DNA of 63,279 nt, filler included, from Choristocarpus tenellus KU-1152 (taxonomy: Eukaryota > Protista > Phaeophyceae): assembly GCA_964200185.2 (NCBI GenBank). It is 13 parts of 13 records of this genome, joined end to end, with 100 filler letters (N's around TTAATTAATTAA, not from the genome) between each part and the next. Parts side by side here need not be neighbours in the genome. Positions count along the whole stretch, not along the records: positions 27,729 to 31,985 come from CAXNAD020015449.1; positions 32,086 to 35,737 come from CAXNAD020018725.1; positions 35,838 to 42,403 come from CAXNAD020007855.1; 10 more parts are not named here. The stretch is one strand, 5' to 3'. The translations under genes and the position numbers were made by a program. Positions 27,729 through 41,796 of this stretch are shown here, one piece after another. A model generated the notes under the pieces. That model did no database searches and was not told the origin of the DNA. It saw only the letters and a program-made list of their open reading frames with translations. Positions within the stretch are counted from its first letter, which is position 1. Each line of letters opens with the position of its first letter.

Positions 27729-29974
27729 CCCCTTGCAAGAGCCTTTCGCTCCTTAGGTGAATAGCGAGTGTCGGTCTCTACAGACGCCTGATATCCCGTC
27801 CCATCTTTACGGTGACTTCTTGAAGTGCTTGAACTTAACTTCTCATCGTACTCAGTGAAATAGCTCTCCAATTCTGCTGCTGACCCGATTGAGTGGGAAT
27901 GCCCTCTGTGCCACCTGGCATTAACAGGGTTATGTGGTGGTAAGGCGCCAGCATTTGAGTCTTTTATTATTCGGGACTTGACGGAGTTGTCCCACCCCTC
28001 GAGCCCTTCCATGCTCTTCATCTTCATCCCTTGCTTGGCCCGAATCTTGCCTCGCTTGCTTTCGGAGTGACCATTTTGCCACATTCCCTCAATGTCCCGG
28101 ATGTTGTCGTCAATAAAATCCAAGTTTCCTCTGCCACTACCACTGTCATTATACACAGATGAGGTTGGGCCAATCACGGTGCTACTAGGTGAGCACATAG
28201 CTGAACGCCCCTTCCTAGTCCTGACGCCCACTTCCTCAGCTCTGCTCAAATGTCTCCCCCTTGAACCAAGTGGTTCTTCCGGACTTATCCAACCGCTCCC
28301 ATTGTGCCAGCCTGGTGGAAGTTCCCAGCCCCAATGGGTCTGCCTACCAACCTCTCTCAAGGACTCGTGTTCAGACTCCGGACTAGGGGTTGGTACTGGG
28401 ACAGGTTCAACATCAGTTACAGGCTCAGCAACAGTAGCGATCCCGACCCCATGACGTCGACTCCATTGCACCATATCAGGTGCCTTTTCAACAGAAATAA
28501 TAGACCGGTCTCCTCCAACCAACTCATCGAGATCTACATCATACTCGTGAACCTCAAAGGGAGCTAGCCCGGTGGTTGACGAGACCCTGTCTATTTGTCC
28601 CACATCCCTCGACCTAGGTGTGCCATCTACCGCGCTGGCAGGACTCATTGGGACAACCTCCGACTTTCCCGTTGCTTCACCTTCACAATTGTCTTTGTCA
28701 ACCAAGAGGTCACGGTTCGAAGTCGACTCCGTCAAATATTTCTCTACCAATGCCGCTGTCTTGACAATGTCCCTAGCCTTGGTCGTCTCCAAAGGTTCAG
28801 TCCCTTCCAAAGTCATAACCTCTCCCTGTGTGGAGACAGGCTCTGCGATCGTTTCTTCAACTTCTGCTTCCACCTCATTGTGCATAGGTGTTGCCAATGA
28901 CTCCGTTCCTCCTTTACCTTGGCTTCCCCCCGACACCTTACTATCACCAGAGGAGTCACTGAGAGACTTCTCAGGCTTGCGTTTACCCCCGGACCTGATC
29001 CATCCTGTCCGGGTACTGATCCAACCACCTATATTAGAAACTTTCTTCTCGCCCGTGCCCTCACCCTTCTGAGATTGCAACTTCCTAGGGGAAGCATCTG
29101 GTGCACCACGAGGTGGCGTAGCAACAGGAACACTTGATTGAGACCCCGCAACAACCTTACTGCCACTTGGCACATTTTGTCCCTCACTTCCCCCAACGCC
29201 CCCATCCTCCGGATTTGTACTACCCGATCCATTAAAGTCTTTCCGGCTCTTGCTATGCCCATTCCTCTCTCTACTATCCACCACTATCCATGGCCCACCG
29301 CGCTTCGCTCGCGATGGGGTCTCCGCCTTCTCCTTCCTCGAAATCCTTGGTCTGCACCCGCCAGACTTGGCCCTTTCTCGACTAACCCTCCCCCCTGCCC
29401 CCTTTTCCGCCTCCACATCTGTACTAACGCCCGCTGCCGAGATCACATCTACCATCCCATCATCCTGGTCACCATGAGGCTTATCTAAAGTGTCACTCTG
29501 CGCCCGCATCACAACTGGAGGAACTGAGGATGAGGAGGAGCCCGACCGCTGCCAACGACGACTGCCCCTACCCCTGCCACTACTTCCCCCTGAGAGGTCT
29601 TCAAGCCTAGCTTCCTTGGAGCTCACTGGGGTGCTGGACGCAATTTTTGCAGTCATCGATGCCACCTCTGTCTCTATCTGCATCATGAGCAAGCTCAACT
29701 CAGGTTTGTCTCCGTCCGTGTCCCGTGTCACATGTAACGGTCCTTCACCGTGTAGAACAGAAGCGGCAGTTACAATCCCAGGAGAAGCATCTACAGTCCC
29801 ATCAGAATGAGGATCTAATCTTTGTGATTGAGGTAGCAGGGCGCTGTCACTGCCAGGACTCCTTTCTTCTTCAATCCCCCCACCTTGGCCTTCAGATGAA
29901 AGCTTGTCCACGGAGGGAGCGGCGGTGGACCCGCTCACATTAGGCGACATTGCATTGAGGCCCAGCTCTCGCTC
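27729..29974 (-). CDS. Very large low-complexity (Ser/Gly/Glu-rich, probably disordered) exon
   Basis: About 750 stop-free codons running to the contig end, with a candidate acceptor CAG|GAG at 29975/29974. Short helical upstream exons (~30932-31050 KKYRLATMNN…LAENQ|GT; ~30680-30722 AKEAIVETFFEF) may belong to the same gene. No domain recognised. Confidence 0.75.
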
Positions 29975-32900
29975 CTGATGCAGGCATAGGAGTTGGGTGG
30001 ACAAAGGGAGCAGGACAGGTCATGGTTGGAATGGTGGTAGTGGTTGTGGTGGTGTTGGGGTACTTGTGAATTCATTCCATGCATGAATCTCCTTGGCACC
30101 TGCACTATTTTCCTACTTCTTCATGAAATGGAATTTATACTTTGTGAAACCTAATCGGTTATGGTTTGAAGGAGTAACATACATATTTTCAAAAGAGTAT
30201 CGGGACGATAAACTTCATCACCATCACCACCATTATTATCAAAGCCATGCAATAAACAGTGGTACAAAGGAGGTAGCAAACGGGATAACGGGTACCAGCA
30301 ACACTTTGGACTAAACAGATAGTTGTGTCATACCCAAATGGCACAGTCAATCACATCAAGACAATTATTGTCTCTATTCAGCAGCCCTTCACAAGTCCAA
30401 GAGTGGTAGTGTAGTAGTAGCATTTAAAAACGATTTCACAAGTAGAGTCAACTGAGATAGTAACAAAAACGCATTGATATTTCAACCACAGGGTGATGGG
30501 AAGGAGGTAAGTGGTTGTGTGTGGATCCTTGATCTCCAATCGGGGCAGTTGATAATCTCCAATTGGATCAGTCGTTCAACTCTTGAGTCGTCTAAGTAAA
30601 AGCCAAAGCTGTTGTGTCTTGTTCTTCCAAGTACCAGCGTTCACACATCTCCATTCCATTATGTACGCCTTCCTACTCCACATACAGAACTCAAAAAAGG
30701 TCTCAACAATAGCTTCCTTAGCCTGTCTGTACGTAGTACAGGAAGGGGCGGGTGAGCAGTTATACTTCCAGTTTTGTTAAAACTATGCTTTACATTTTAC
30801 CCTAACCTACCCAACAACCCACAATTACTACCATGAAATCAAAGAAGCTTCGAAAGGATAGCTACAGGGCAATTCAAATCCCTCCAGAGCAATTGATAGA
30901 GCTGTTCCTATCGAACCATCATCACCACTGCACCTGGTTTTCTGCAAGGCATGCAATTTCTTCAATTGCCATGGCAATCATGTTCTCTTGGGCCTTTCTT
31001 GCCTCCGGTATCATGTCCAAGTTGTTCATCGTTGCTAGTCGATACTTCTTGCCTGCCACGAACACAACCATAACACAACACAACACAGGGACATAATAAA
31101 AAAAAAAAAAAGTTATAGCGCAATTCAAACTACAGGTGTCTTCATGTTGAGATTGAGGTTAGGGTTAGGGAAGACTGTATGCAACCGGTTTGTCAGTGGC
31201 TCCGCTGATCTTGACAAAAAATTAAAAAATCAGCCCTGACTTCCGTTTTGGGGGGATGGGGGAACAGTTATACACTGCTCACAAACTGATATATACATAT
31301 ATATATATACCATATATATATACAGTCATCAGGTTCTCTCAAAGTCACTCTGTACTGGTGACTTCACCATTCTAATACGTACTTCCCTTGTTATGAGAAG
31401 GCTTTTTGCAGACAATATAAATCAATCCCATTGGATGCACACAACAAGAATTAATCCCATTGGCTAAAGTGACACAAATGTCATCCTTTCAGTACAAGTA
31501 GTCATTTCACCATTGCAGCTCCCACCTACCCCTCAAAAAATTCCTTTTACTGTTGAAACAATATATTTTTTTGTACAGATAGGTATTGTATGTATGTAGG
31601 GGCAGGGGGGAAGGGGTATACAACACACACACACGCTGCAATTTTCTTTTTTGAAAGAGTGCTGCTCGAGGACCAAAGTACTCTCTAGGGGACAACATAA
31701 TTGAGAAGATAATTGATATTTACCTTTGGCAAACAAAACAAAATAAAATAAAATAAAATGACAAGGTCATCTCCATGGTACCTAATGGTCACACACATCA
31801 TGCAAAATGTAAGACTCAGCAATCTTCAAGGCATGACTGCCCAGTGAATAGTTATAGCTATGGTTATGGACATGAGCACAGGCGGAATCCCAAGGTTCCC
31901 AACAAAAACAACACAGCTCCCCTCCCCCCCCCCTTCCCCATCAAAACAATCAAACCAGTCACACAGGAATAAATAAAACCCACGGNNNNNNNNNNNNNNN
32001 NNNNNNNNNNNNNNNNNNNNNNNNNNNNNTTAATTAATTAANNNNNNNNNNNNNNNNNNNNNNNNNNNNNNNNNNNNNNNNNNNNATCTCAAGAAAGTAT
32101 ACCCCTGGGAGGGTAGGAGACATGAAAAAGCAGGGTGGAATAGTTTTGGTGGGATTCTTGGGGGGGGGGGGGTGATTGTTTGGCTCCACCAAGAACACAT
32201 TAAAGAGCAGTCACCCGACTCACTGCGCCCATCCCTATCACCCCACCTGTCAAAAAACGTCAAAAAATGCAAAGATTTAGGGGCAAGAAATACCAAAGAC
32301 CAAATGGATTTGCCCTATTGGGTCAAATTAAAAAAGTCAGTTCCGTTGGTGGAACCATTGACTTCACAAGTGTCCCTTTTCACCCCAAGGACGACACCAC
32401 CATTTCAACAAAATACAACGGAGCCTGTGTAAATAAATGCCATCAACTAACACAGACTTCGAAAGCATAGTGACTATTGGATACTTCATTACAATATAGC
32501 ACCAGTTGGTAGCCTCTTGACAATGTTCACTACATCCAATGGTAGTCTTTAATGTTGAGTTATCCTGTCTGTCACCTGCACCATGCAACATACAGATTAC
32601 AGGTCATAGCTCTTCCTCTCTCACACTCAGTACCGTACGCTGAGATCAGCAAACCAAACTGTAGCACTGACAGAGTACAAAGGGGAGAGCTACATGACGT
32701 AGGAGGTAAGTGTACAAAAAAGAGCATGCAAGTAGAGTGCGTAAAACATGAGCGTAAGTGTGTACAGAGGAGGACTGCTCAATGCACACCTACACAGTTT
32801 TCCTCCCTACAGTAAAACACAATGTAGCAACAAATAATGAGAGCGCACTCGTGTCTGCTGAGGTCATGCTTGCAAGTACATGTGGAACATGTACTTGGTG

Positions 32901-33430
32901 CTGCGGAATGAAGTGCGTTTATTTACTGCAGCATAAACAAAAAGGAAGGCAATCAACACAAGCACGACGTGGTCCGCATATCCCAATTGTCTTCCCACGT
33001 TATACAGTGAAGGACCTAAGTTGTTTTTCGTTACTGCCAGATGGGAAATTTCCTCTGTGACCCACTCCGTGTGTGTTCTTCACACTGCATCAACACCCAA
33101 CACCCATGAGCAACGTTTACAGGGGCATGTCATCATCCCCACGTGCTATGGAGACTCGAATCGAACAGCTGCATGCTCATGCATGGAACCACCGCCCGCA
33201 CACCCATCTAGCGCAAACGTTTAATTCTTCACACATTGGACATGGGGTATGTATACCGACATGGGGTATATATACCGCACACTCAAAACAAACCACAAAG
33301 AAGATTGTTCCTCGGGCATTACATGTGTAAAGAGGAAGTGGTGTAGTGACAATCAGCCGTTCAAACAAAAACATACTCTCACCTGCCCACCGGGCAACAT
33401 AAGACAACTCGCAAAAAAAAAGCACTGCAC

Positions 33431-35678
33431 CTGCATGATCCTTGCTCGTACTGCCTCATCATGTCCAGGGTGCGTCTCCTCAAACTTGCAGTTTGTCAAT
33501 GCCTCCACCAGCTCGGATATCGCCTCCTCCCCTCGGACCAAGTCCTCGCCTGCCATGTGAGAAATTACCGGTGGAGTAAGGCAGGCTATGGAGCACAAGC
33601 ATGTATCTAAGGACTCCACAGGGCGAATGCATTGTACTGGATGTGACGGGACATTCATCAGCGTTGTGACACTTCAACTTGAACGTACTCTGTAATGGAA
33701 ACAGTCACCAACAAAATCTACATCACCAGATTCAAACCAGTATCATGTAACCATCCTTCAGGAGCAAAGCGATTCAGAACATTTAATAACACTCTCACAC
33801 TGAGCCCTTGTGGAACTACGACAAAAAATTGTCCTAAAATGGGAGAGCACCGCGCTGTACCTCCCACACTCAACATGTCCCCAAGGCAGCACCAGGAATA
33901 CAACGGTCCATGCATACACACCCAAAGCCCCTGTCTCTCTTCAACAACATGATCATCTTTTTGCCTCTCCTCACTGTAGGAGGCATACTTTGGAAGTAGT
34001 GATGTGGTGAGGGTGGTCTGTTTTGTACACTGTGGTTGAAGTATCTCACCCAGCAGGCCTTGTTGAAGCACCACCTGTAAAGAGCGCAGGGCAGCCTCTG
34101 TGAATACTCCGCTGGCCTCGGGTGAACCCACTACAGCAAGGAATGGTCGTGCCAGAGTGAGGGAGTTGAAGCCTTGAAGGTCTGGTGACATTGCGAGAAA
34201 ACGTGGGGTGTGGAGTATGGTACAATTAGCATGGGATACGTTAAGTCAGGGTGGGGTGAACAGTCGAGTTATCTTGCCGATAAAAAGAAGCACTAAGCAA
34301 CTTTGTGCAACTCTTGCCCAGTCAGGATGGTATCACAAAGCGGTAGCCTCGCAATACAAATTAGAGAGAAACGCTTTGTGCTCTTCCTGTGCCCAAACAG
34401 CCATCTATGATTGCTTGATGTATGAGACTCAGACAGGCTCCTTGTATACTGCATTAATACCTTGTTCATTGCATTACATGCAGATAAGAAAATGTGATAG
34501 GGAATGAAAAAGAAAAGACACACCCCAAGCTGTATGAGCAGTCCTGGGGAGACAAAATGGAAGGTCGGCTCCACTACTGCTTCCTGACACTCTTCACCAT
34601 GCTGCAATCCTCTCTCACACCCTTACGTGTTTTGTCTTTTCTTCTTTTCTTCTCACTGCCTTCCGAATTTTCCATGTGCCAACTCACTATCTTCCCTTCC
34701 CACATTGTGAATCCTTACCATGTCAGTACTTCACTCTGCTTCGCTCTACCCTCATCAACCATCAGTGCCCGTTCTTGCTACAATTGTACACTACACCCGG
34801 TCTCCCTTCTCAAATTAAGTATCTCTTACCCTCACTTCTTTATTTGTCTGAATTTGACCCTAGATAGCTCTTCACTCCTCTACCCTAGAGTCTTTCACAG
34901 CAGGCAGAATGGAACACTATCACAACGCACATAGTTTCATATTATTTGTCACTGCATTCCAGTGGATTTTACAAGGTTCAACCCACCCCCCTGCTTGAGG
35001 AGTGTTGACATACGGAATACGAATAACAAAAAAGGCCTCTCCATACACAGAGTGGCACGGTCAAATGGCAGCTTTAAGACCTTGCCAGTGGAAGAATCAT
35101 TTCCAAGCGAAGAGACTCGGGCCAAGACAATCTCAAGTATTAATCATCATCGTGACAACGTCGATATCACACCGTTAAGGCTTTCTCATACTCTAATGTC
35201 ACCATGTTCTAATGAGGTTACGTCACAATGCTCTATGTCCTCCCGCATCAGCGATGCTACTTCTCATACTTCGATCGATTCCTACCTTCCTTTGTCCAAT
35301 CTCTAACCACATCCCGAAGACTCTTGAGGTCGCGTGTCAACGGGCTCTCCACCAGAGGATACGTTCCCTACATCAGGAGAAGAGGCAACAATATGAGGTT
35401 GAGGAAATATAGTCCTGGTAGTTTGGAATGCCAGGTTTGTATCCATAGTCCTAACAGTGACAAAACATCACAGCGCTGATAAGAGATTATCCTCCTCTGA
35501 GAGGTAAGGCTAAAAATTTCGACTGTATCGTTCAATAAGCACATCATATCAGTTGTACGATTTCTCTCACCTGGTTTGTTGGTGATGATGGGGTTGTATT
35601 ATACCGTGCATTTCTGCGAAGGACTGTCAGGACAGAGTGAATCTCGCTGAGCACAACCTGCTTCTTGTACCCCGGCAT
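33431..35678 (-). CDS. Large ARF-GEF, GBF1/GNOM family, N-terminal DCB region; exons 35571-35678, 35286-35367, 34050-34181, 33431-33549
   Basis: Phase-consistent splicing gives MPGYKKQVVLSEIHSVLTVLRRNARY…ESPLTRDLKSLRD…LARPFLAVVGSPEASGVFTEAALRSL…AISELVEALTNCKFEETHPGHDEAVRARIMQ. This matches the GBF1-family motifs EIxxVxxxxxRNARW, PFLxVIxS…TG..T..AL and F..TDP..DEVV..I.Q. Confidence 0.85.
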
Positions 35679-36912
35679 TCTGGTAAAGGGTATACCTGAT
35701 GCGTCACAACGCTGGGCTCATGGGATTCCCCAACGCANNNNNNNNNNNNNNNNNNNNNNNNNNNNNNNNNNNNNNNNNNNNTTAATTAATTAANNNNNNN
35801 NNNNNNNNNNNNNNNNNNNNNNNNNNNNNNNNNNNNNGGGGGGGGGGGGGGGGGGGGGGGGGGTATAGTAGTTGTATTGACATTTTTAACAGTAGGGATC
35901 CGTGTATTGATATTAGGCATTTTCTGGTGTTATTTTCTAATAGTAGTTGTGCTTTGGAAATGGTATTGCATGGACCCTGGCATGTGTTGTTGGTACATTT
36001 TTTTTTCATTGGCTATCGAACAATATTTGATTTTTATTTTTTGCTTGAAAATGTTCTCTTTTTTTTCTTGGAAATTGTTCCGGAATGGATCCATTTTTTC
36101 GTATCATCGTACTGTTCAGTTTCAAGTGTGATTGATGAGTGTATTGTGTATTCATATTAAAATATATATATATATGTTCTGCGTTTGCGTGTTACAAGCT
36201 TTAAAAAAATAAAATTTAATACAAGATGGGAAAGGCCCTTACTCTTGATTTTGACAATTTTGTGTTTGTTCTCAAGTATTTTTCATACAATATCAGACCT
36301 TTTTTGGGGGGGGGGGTGGGGTAGCCCAAAAGTTCAGAAATTTCTCATTTTGCACTGACCAGGAAGCAGGAGTTCAGCAGAGCAGTATGGCGTTGCAATA
36401 TTTGTTATGGAAGGTGTAAGCAATTTTATCCGTCCATTGCATCGTCACATATGTACTGAATTGCCAAGTTATCAACAATTTTGTTTTTATGTAAGGTATG
36501 TAATTTTTATTTTTGTTATCTAGAAGTAAAAATGATTTCTTACATAGTAAATTGTGTTACATTGTTGAACATTTTTCTTTTTATTTAATTATTTAGAATA
36601 TTAAAAAAACAGTTGCGATTGTGGTTGTATACTGGTGGAAATAGTATATCACTATTCAACGAGTTGTTTGTTTAAAACTATTTTTTTGTTCTTCTGTCGC
36701 TGTATTTATATTTGTTCATTAATACGCATTGCTGCACCATCTGTGTGTTTATTTTATGTTCTTGTGTGATTGTTTTGTTTCTATTGGTTCTAAGAATATA
36801 AAAAGTTGAACCGCTCTCGTTATTGCATTACATTACATTGTATTTTATTTTATTATTGCTTTTTTTGTGTGTTTTTTAAAATTGTCAATAATATTGAAAA
36901 AAAAAAAAATAG

Positions 36913-39900
36913 GTTCAAGATGCGGCAGAGGCTGCCCAAATCAAAGGGTTTATTGACCAGCTGCCAGAGGGATGGGAATCCAAGGTGGGGGAGAGGGGGC
37001 TCAAGCTTTCTGGGGGTGAGAAGCAGAGGGTAGCCATTGCTCGGTGTCTACTCAAGGACCCGCCCATTGTGCTGTTGGATGAGGCTACCAGTGCTCTAGA
37101 CAGGTTGGTTGGGCTTTTGTTTGTAAGATGGTGTGTATGTTGTTCCTGGAACATTTTATTGTTTTGTGCTTTTTTGATGTAGTGGAAGTGTTAATAAAAA
37201 ATGAATGTTTTTTTTTTTTTTTTTTGGCAGTGTTTTTAAATGTTTTTTTTTCATGTAGTGGTTGCTAGTTACCTGTGGTGAGAGAGAGGGTCATTGACGA
37301 ATGAAGTGTTTTGGGAGGCATTATTTTGTTTTTTATTTTGCATGGGATGACTTTTGAGGGATAGACTTTGTGTGTGTATGAAACATAAAAAGAGAGTACA
37401 GAAAAGGCATCTGACCTCTTACTATTGTTATTACTATTTCTATCTATTTAGTCGTTTAAAACCGATTTTACTGATACAAGTGTTAGGGTTTAGTTTCAGA
37501 GAGAGGGTACCTAGAGTGAAAGTAATGGTTTGTTATATTTTTTTCAATTATTTGCAAGTCGAAGTCATTGGAGTGTTTTGTGCGGTTGTGATGTCATGTT
37601 TTGGATCTTTTATCTTGTCAAGATCGAAGATGAAAGGAAAGGAGGTGGATGTTGCTATGATGTATTACTGTGTTATGTTGCTATGATGTACTACTGTGCT
37701 ATGTTGCTATGATGTATTACTGTGTTATGTTGCTATGATGTACTACTGTGTTATGTTACTGTGATGCCCTTCTGCCCTCCATTGAGACCATTGTTACCTT
37801 GTGACATGGTGTATGTAGTTGAGTGACGACTTGCTTGATCAGGTACATATGTATGTTATGTTTAGTCAAAATCTATTGCCTGTAGATTCATTCTGGCTGT
37901 GTCAGGGTGTGGTATACCATTCCAGCAAAGGTCACAACCTGTTTGGTTAATATGTGTTAGTATGTTTTTGATTAACATGTGTTACTAAGTTTTTGTTTAG
38001 TATGTGTCAGTATGTTTTTGATTAATATGTGTTACTATGTTTTTGACTTCCTGAGGTAGGTTAAGGTTAAGGTTAGGGTTGGTTTTGTTTTTTTGTGAAA
38101 AGGCGTCTATGCTAGTATTGATTGATATTGAAAGGAATAGATTGCCTTCGGCAGATGCATCTTTTGAATGACTCAGTTGTTAGATATGATACCCCGCTCC
38201 TCACCCCCTACCCTCCCCTCCCTCATATTTCATTCTTTAATTTTTAATTTTTTCTGTCCTGTGATTGATACCTGGCTGATACATGTATGTATATATATAA
38301 ATATATATATATACATATATATATATATTTATTTTTATTTGTCAGTCGAACTGAACAGGGCGTGCAAGAGGCGTTGAATGGTCTCAAGACAAATAGGACC
38401 ACTGTTGTGATTGCACATAGGTTGTCTACCATCAGGAATGCTGATCAGATACTTGTTCTACATGAAGGCCAGGTATGTGTGTAATAATGGCAATGATAAT
38501 AATAATAATAATAATAGTAATAATAATGAGTTATTTCCTTTCTAGTATGTGCACTCTGGTGGGAGCTTCTTGATGAACCCATCATTTTGTGTTTTTATTG
38601 TTTTTTCGTTTTGATAAATTTCTTAACATTTTCCTGCCCAGAATATGTGCAAGTTGTTTTTTGTTGTTCTGGTGGTGTATATATATATACATGCTGACTG
38701 ACTGGAGTCACTTGTTTCACACAGCAAATGAAGTAGAATGGGTAGTAAACATTTTGATGAAGCAGATAAAAAGAGTATTAGAAGAACAAAAAGAAAAATG
38801 TGAAACAAAATCTTTTTTCTTTTTTTTAAAGTGATGTGAAAAATCACTGTATTTTTTTATTGTTGAAAAAATATCCTCACAAGGGTAGGTTGAGTAAAAA
38901 GGTTAATGTGTTGGAACAAATAGCCTGTCGTACATCCATACACGTCATCCCCTCAATTTTTTCTAACACACGCACTCTCTTCTGTTGATAGAAATTGACA
39001 TTTTCTCCATGCCCCCCCAACCCCTCCCTCAATGGTGTGATAAAAGGTACTTGTGCCTGTTATTTGTTATTTTTGTTACTCTTTGTCCTTAACTCTTTTG
39101 TTACTCTTTTTCCTTATCTTAACTTAACTTAACTTTTTTTTATATGCTCAAAAAATATATGATATGATATGATATGATATGATATGAAGGTGGTGGAGCG
39201 GGGTAGTCATGAAGAGCTGATGACAGCAAAGGGAGAGTACTTCTCCATGTGGACTATCCAGATACAGGAGAAGGAACGAATGCTTTCTGAAGAGGAGGTA
39301 TACCTTACATCGACAAATGAATTAAAAGTACTTTTCAAATAGGATATATGCTAGGAACAGAAAGTTATTTTTTTCTGTATTTTTCAATACTGAAATTAAG
39401 TTGGAGTGTCTCTGTGTGTGTGTGTGTGTATTTTTGAGCATAGTGCTACTAACGGTATGCTTTTTTGAAATACTATGACTAATATATATATATATAATTG
39501 GTTGGGGAGATACTATGGTGTATACATTGCAGAGAGCAAGCAAACCAAGCCTTTTGTTTCATGAATATTATATTATTGAAAATAATAATAAAATGAATTG
39601 TATGTTTTTATTTTTTTACTAGGTGGAATTGTTGTGAGTGTATGTGTCGATAGATAGAATCGTTTTTTTTTTAATGATAGTTGTAACGCCATGGGGATGA
39701 AGTCTGCACAAGATACAAGATATAAGATGAGTGAGTGCACGTGCTATGTACATGTGAGGTGAAAACAACAGCTGACCACCGGAAAAAAAAAATGTTTAAA
39801 AAAGTATGTTCTTTAAGAGTAGTAGAAAAGAGTATTAAAAAAGAATTATTTATAAAGAGAGTACTTGAGTCAAAGGAATTGGGAAGGGGGTGCGTGTGAT

Positions 39901-41796
39901 GGTGAGTTTGAATAAAGGATGTCTCTGACTTTCTGATAGAACACAGTCTACAGCTGGGAAGTGTAGTTTTATTCTGAATCTGATTTTGGTTGGCATGTTT
40001 GTCCATAGATATATATATATATATATATATATTTTCAAAAGTGAGGTGTCCTTGTCTGTCAATACCCTGACTGACCTTGAAAGCATTTAATAAGTTACTA
40101 GTTTTGTCCTGTTTGGTCTGTACGGGGCTTGACTTCTTTTTTTTTAAACAGAGATTTTTGTTCCTTTTTTTAAAAAAATTTCGGATTTCAGAGTAGGTAA
40201 AAATGTATACGACGATGAAAGGTGTGTCTGTAGCAAGGATATTGACACTTGCTAACAAATATGATAGCCAAAATTCATCAAAATTGCAACACTGGATTTA
40301 TGACTCCAAACGGACTTTACCCTACCACACCCTTAAAGGGACTTGAGTCCCTTGTTTCTAATGTCCTCTTTTTTGCTCTTTTAAGAAAAAAGAAATGAAG
40401 TTGAAAGCAATTATAGGAACAGTAAGGGACTACATGAGTGTACATGAATGACTACATGCTTGGACCCTTCCGTTACTCGGATTGTTATTTATTTATTTTT
40501 TGCTTTGCCTGTGGTGTGTTGAGCCAATGAGATCGCTTGCTGGGTGCGATGTGATTGGATGTGATTGGATGGACGGCCAGAAGTGTAGCCAATCAGAGAT
40601 TCAGGAAACCATGCGTGATAATATAATGTTTTTTTTTAATACTGGTTAGATTTCTCAGTCGTGCGTGATGATTGGTACTCTATTTCACTTCCTCTCGAAA
40701 TAAATAAATAATTAGTTTTAGATTTTTTATTTTTTTTCAAGCTTATAGTTTTGTTGGTTGTTGGCATATAGTTATTATTTATTATTACTTGTGTGTATTA
40801 GGGTTATTATGTGTGTATTATTAATTATTATTTATTGTTGGGGTAAGCGCTGTATTCTCATTGGCTAGTATTTTTTATATTTGTTGATATCAACGATGCT
40901 TGGTCCATTGTTGATTGCTTGGTTATTTTCGATATTTTTTAACCTGAAATCGTAGGTGTGCTTGTCTTTATATTTATCCACTTTTTAAATGCCATTTCTA
41001 TTCCTACATTTTTTTTTATGGAGCGGGCCATTCCTTCCACTTCCAAAAATGTCAAGTCTCTTAGGCACTGTAAAATTCAGAACGATATTATGTGAGGGAA
41101 TGGGTCTACTAACTACATCCTCAGTGTATGCTTCCTGGATGACATCATGTGTGACAATGGTGCTTCTTCCTCCTCCCCAAACCGTAGTGTTCTGAATCAT
41201 GATAATTTGATCGTAATTGTAGTATCCAAGCAACAGGACTGAGTAAAGGTTTTTTTTCAGTTTTGGGGGGGCGGGAAGGGGGGGGGGATTTTAGTTGCAA
41301 TCCAAAGCAAAGGTGTGACTCAAAAGTGTCAGAGGCCACAGAACAATATATATATATATATATCTGTTGCTAGGTGTGACATGAGTGTTGTGCCCACAAC
41401 TCACTGAAGTTGCACACATTCATGACTTTGGATATGATAGAGACCTGTGGAGACATTATAGAGGTTTTTTGCCTGTCATTGCCGCCACCTCTTGCACTTG
41501 TGTTTTGATCAAGTTTTTTGTCAGTTTTTTTTTTCAAGCTGTTCTAGTCGACTACGTTGCCGTGTTTACTACCTCACCCCAACCCTAACTTGAGTTGACT
41601 CTCTTGGTTTAATGTTGTGTGGTGGTGTGTGACACGATCCTTGTCAACTGTGATGGTGATGTCAACTCAGGAGAGGTTGGCGGCTGCAGCAGCTGCAGGT
41701 GCCTCCAATGAAGAGAGTGGTGAGGGGGCTGAGGTGGATGCCACGGGGGTTGAAGAGGCCAAGGAGGAAGGGGCCTCGAATGGTACCAAGTCTTGA
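36913..41796 (+). CDS. ABCB half transporter (ABCB6/HMT1/ATM-like), NBD exons 36913-37103, 38346-38472, 39190-39297; probable last exon 41671-41796
   Basis: Spliced product: [65 protein letters not shown]…[46 protein letters not shown]. The tail exon (ERLAAAA…GTKS*) is inferred; the alternative is read-through to a stop at 39342. Confidence 0.88.
37649..37765 (+). repeat. 26-bp minisatellite, ~4.5 units
   Basis: Unit ATGTTGCTATGATGTAYTACTGTGYT. Confidence 0.9.
37947..38046 (+). repeat. 25-bp minisatellite, 4 units
   Basis: Unit TTAATATGTGTTASTATGTTTTTGA, with variants. Confidence 0.85.
40076..40349 (+). mobile_element. MITE family A, degenerate copy
   Basis: Interior GAGTAGGTAAAAATGTATAC…GGATATTGACACTT…GATAGCCAAAATT…; TIRs eroded, ends approximate. 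Confidence 0.7.

Noticed and set aside
28092-29943. Many overlapping plus-strand ORFs
   Set aside because: Antisense shadows of the long minus-strand exon.
37649-38046. CRISPR-like periodic repeats
   Set aside because: Contiguous units without unique spacers; eukaryotic intron; no cas genes.
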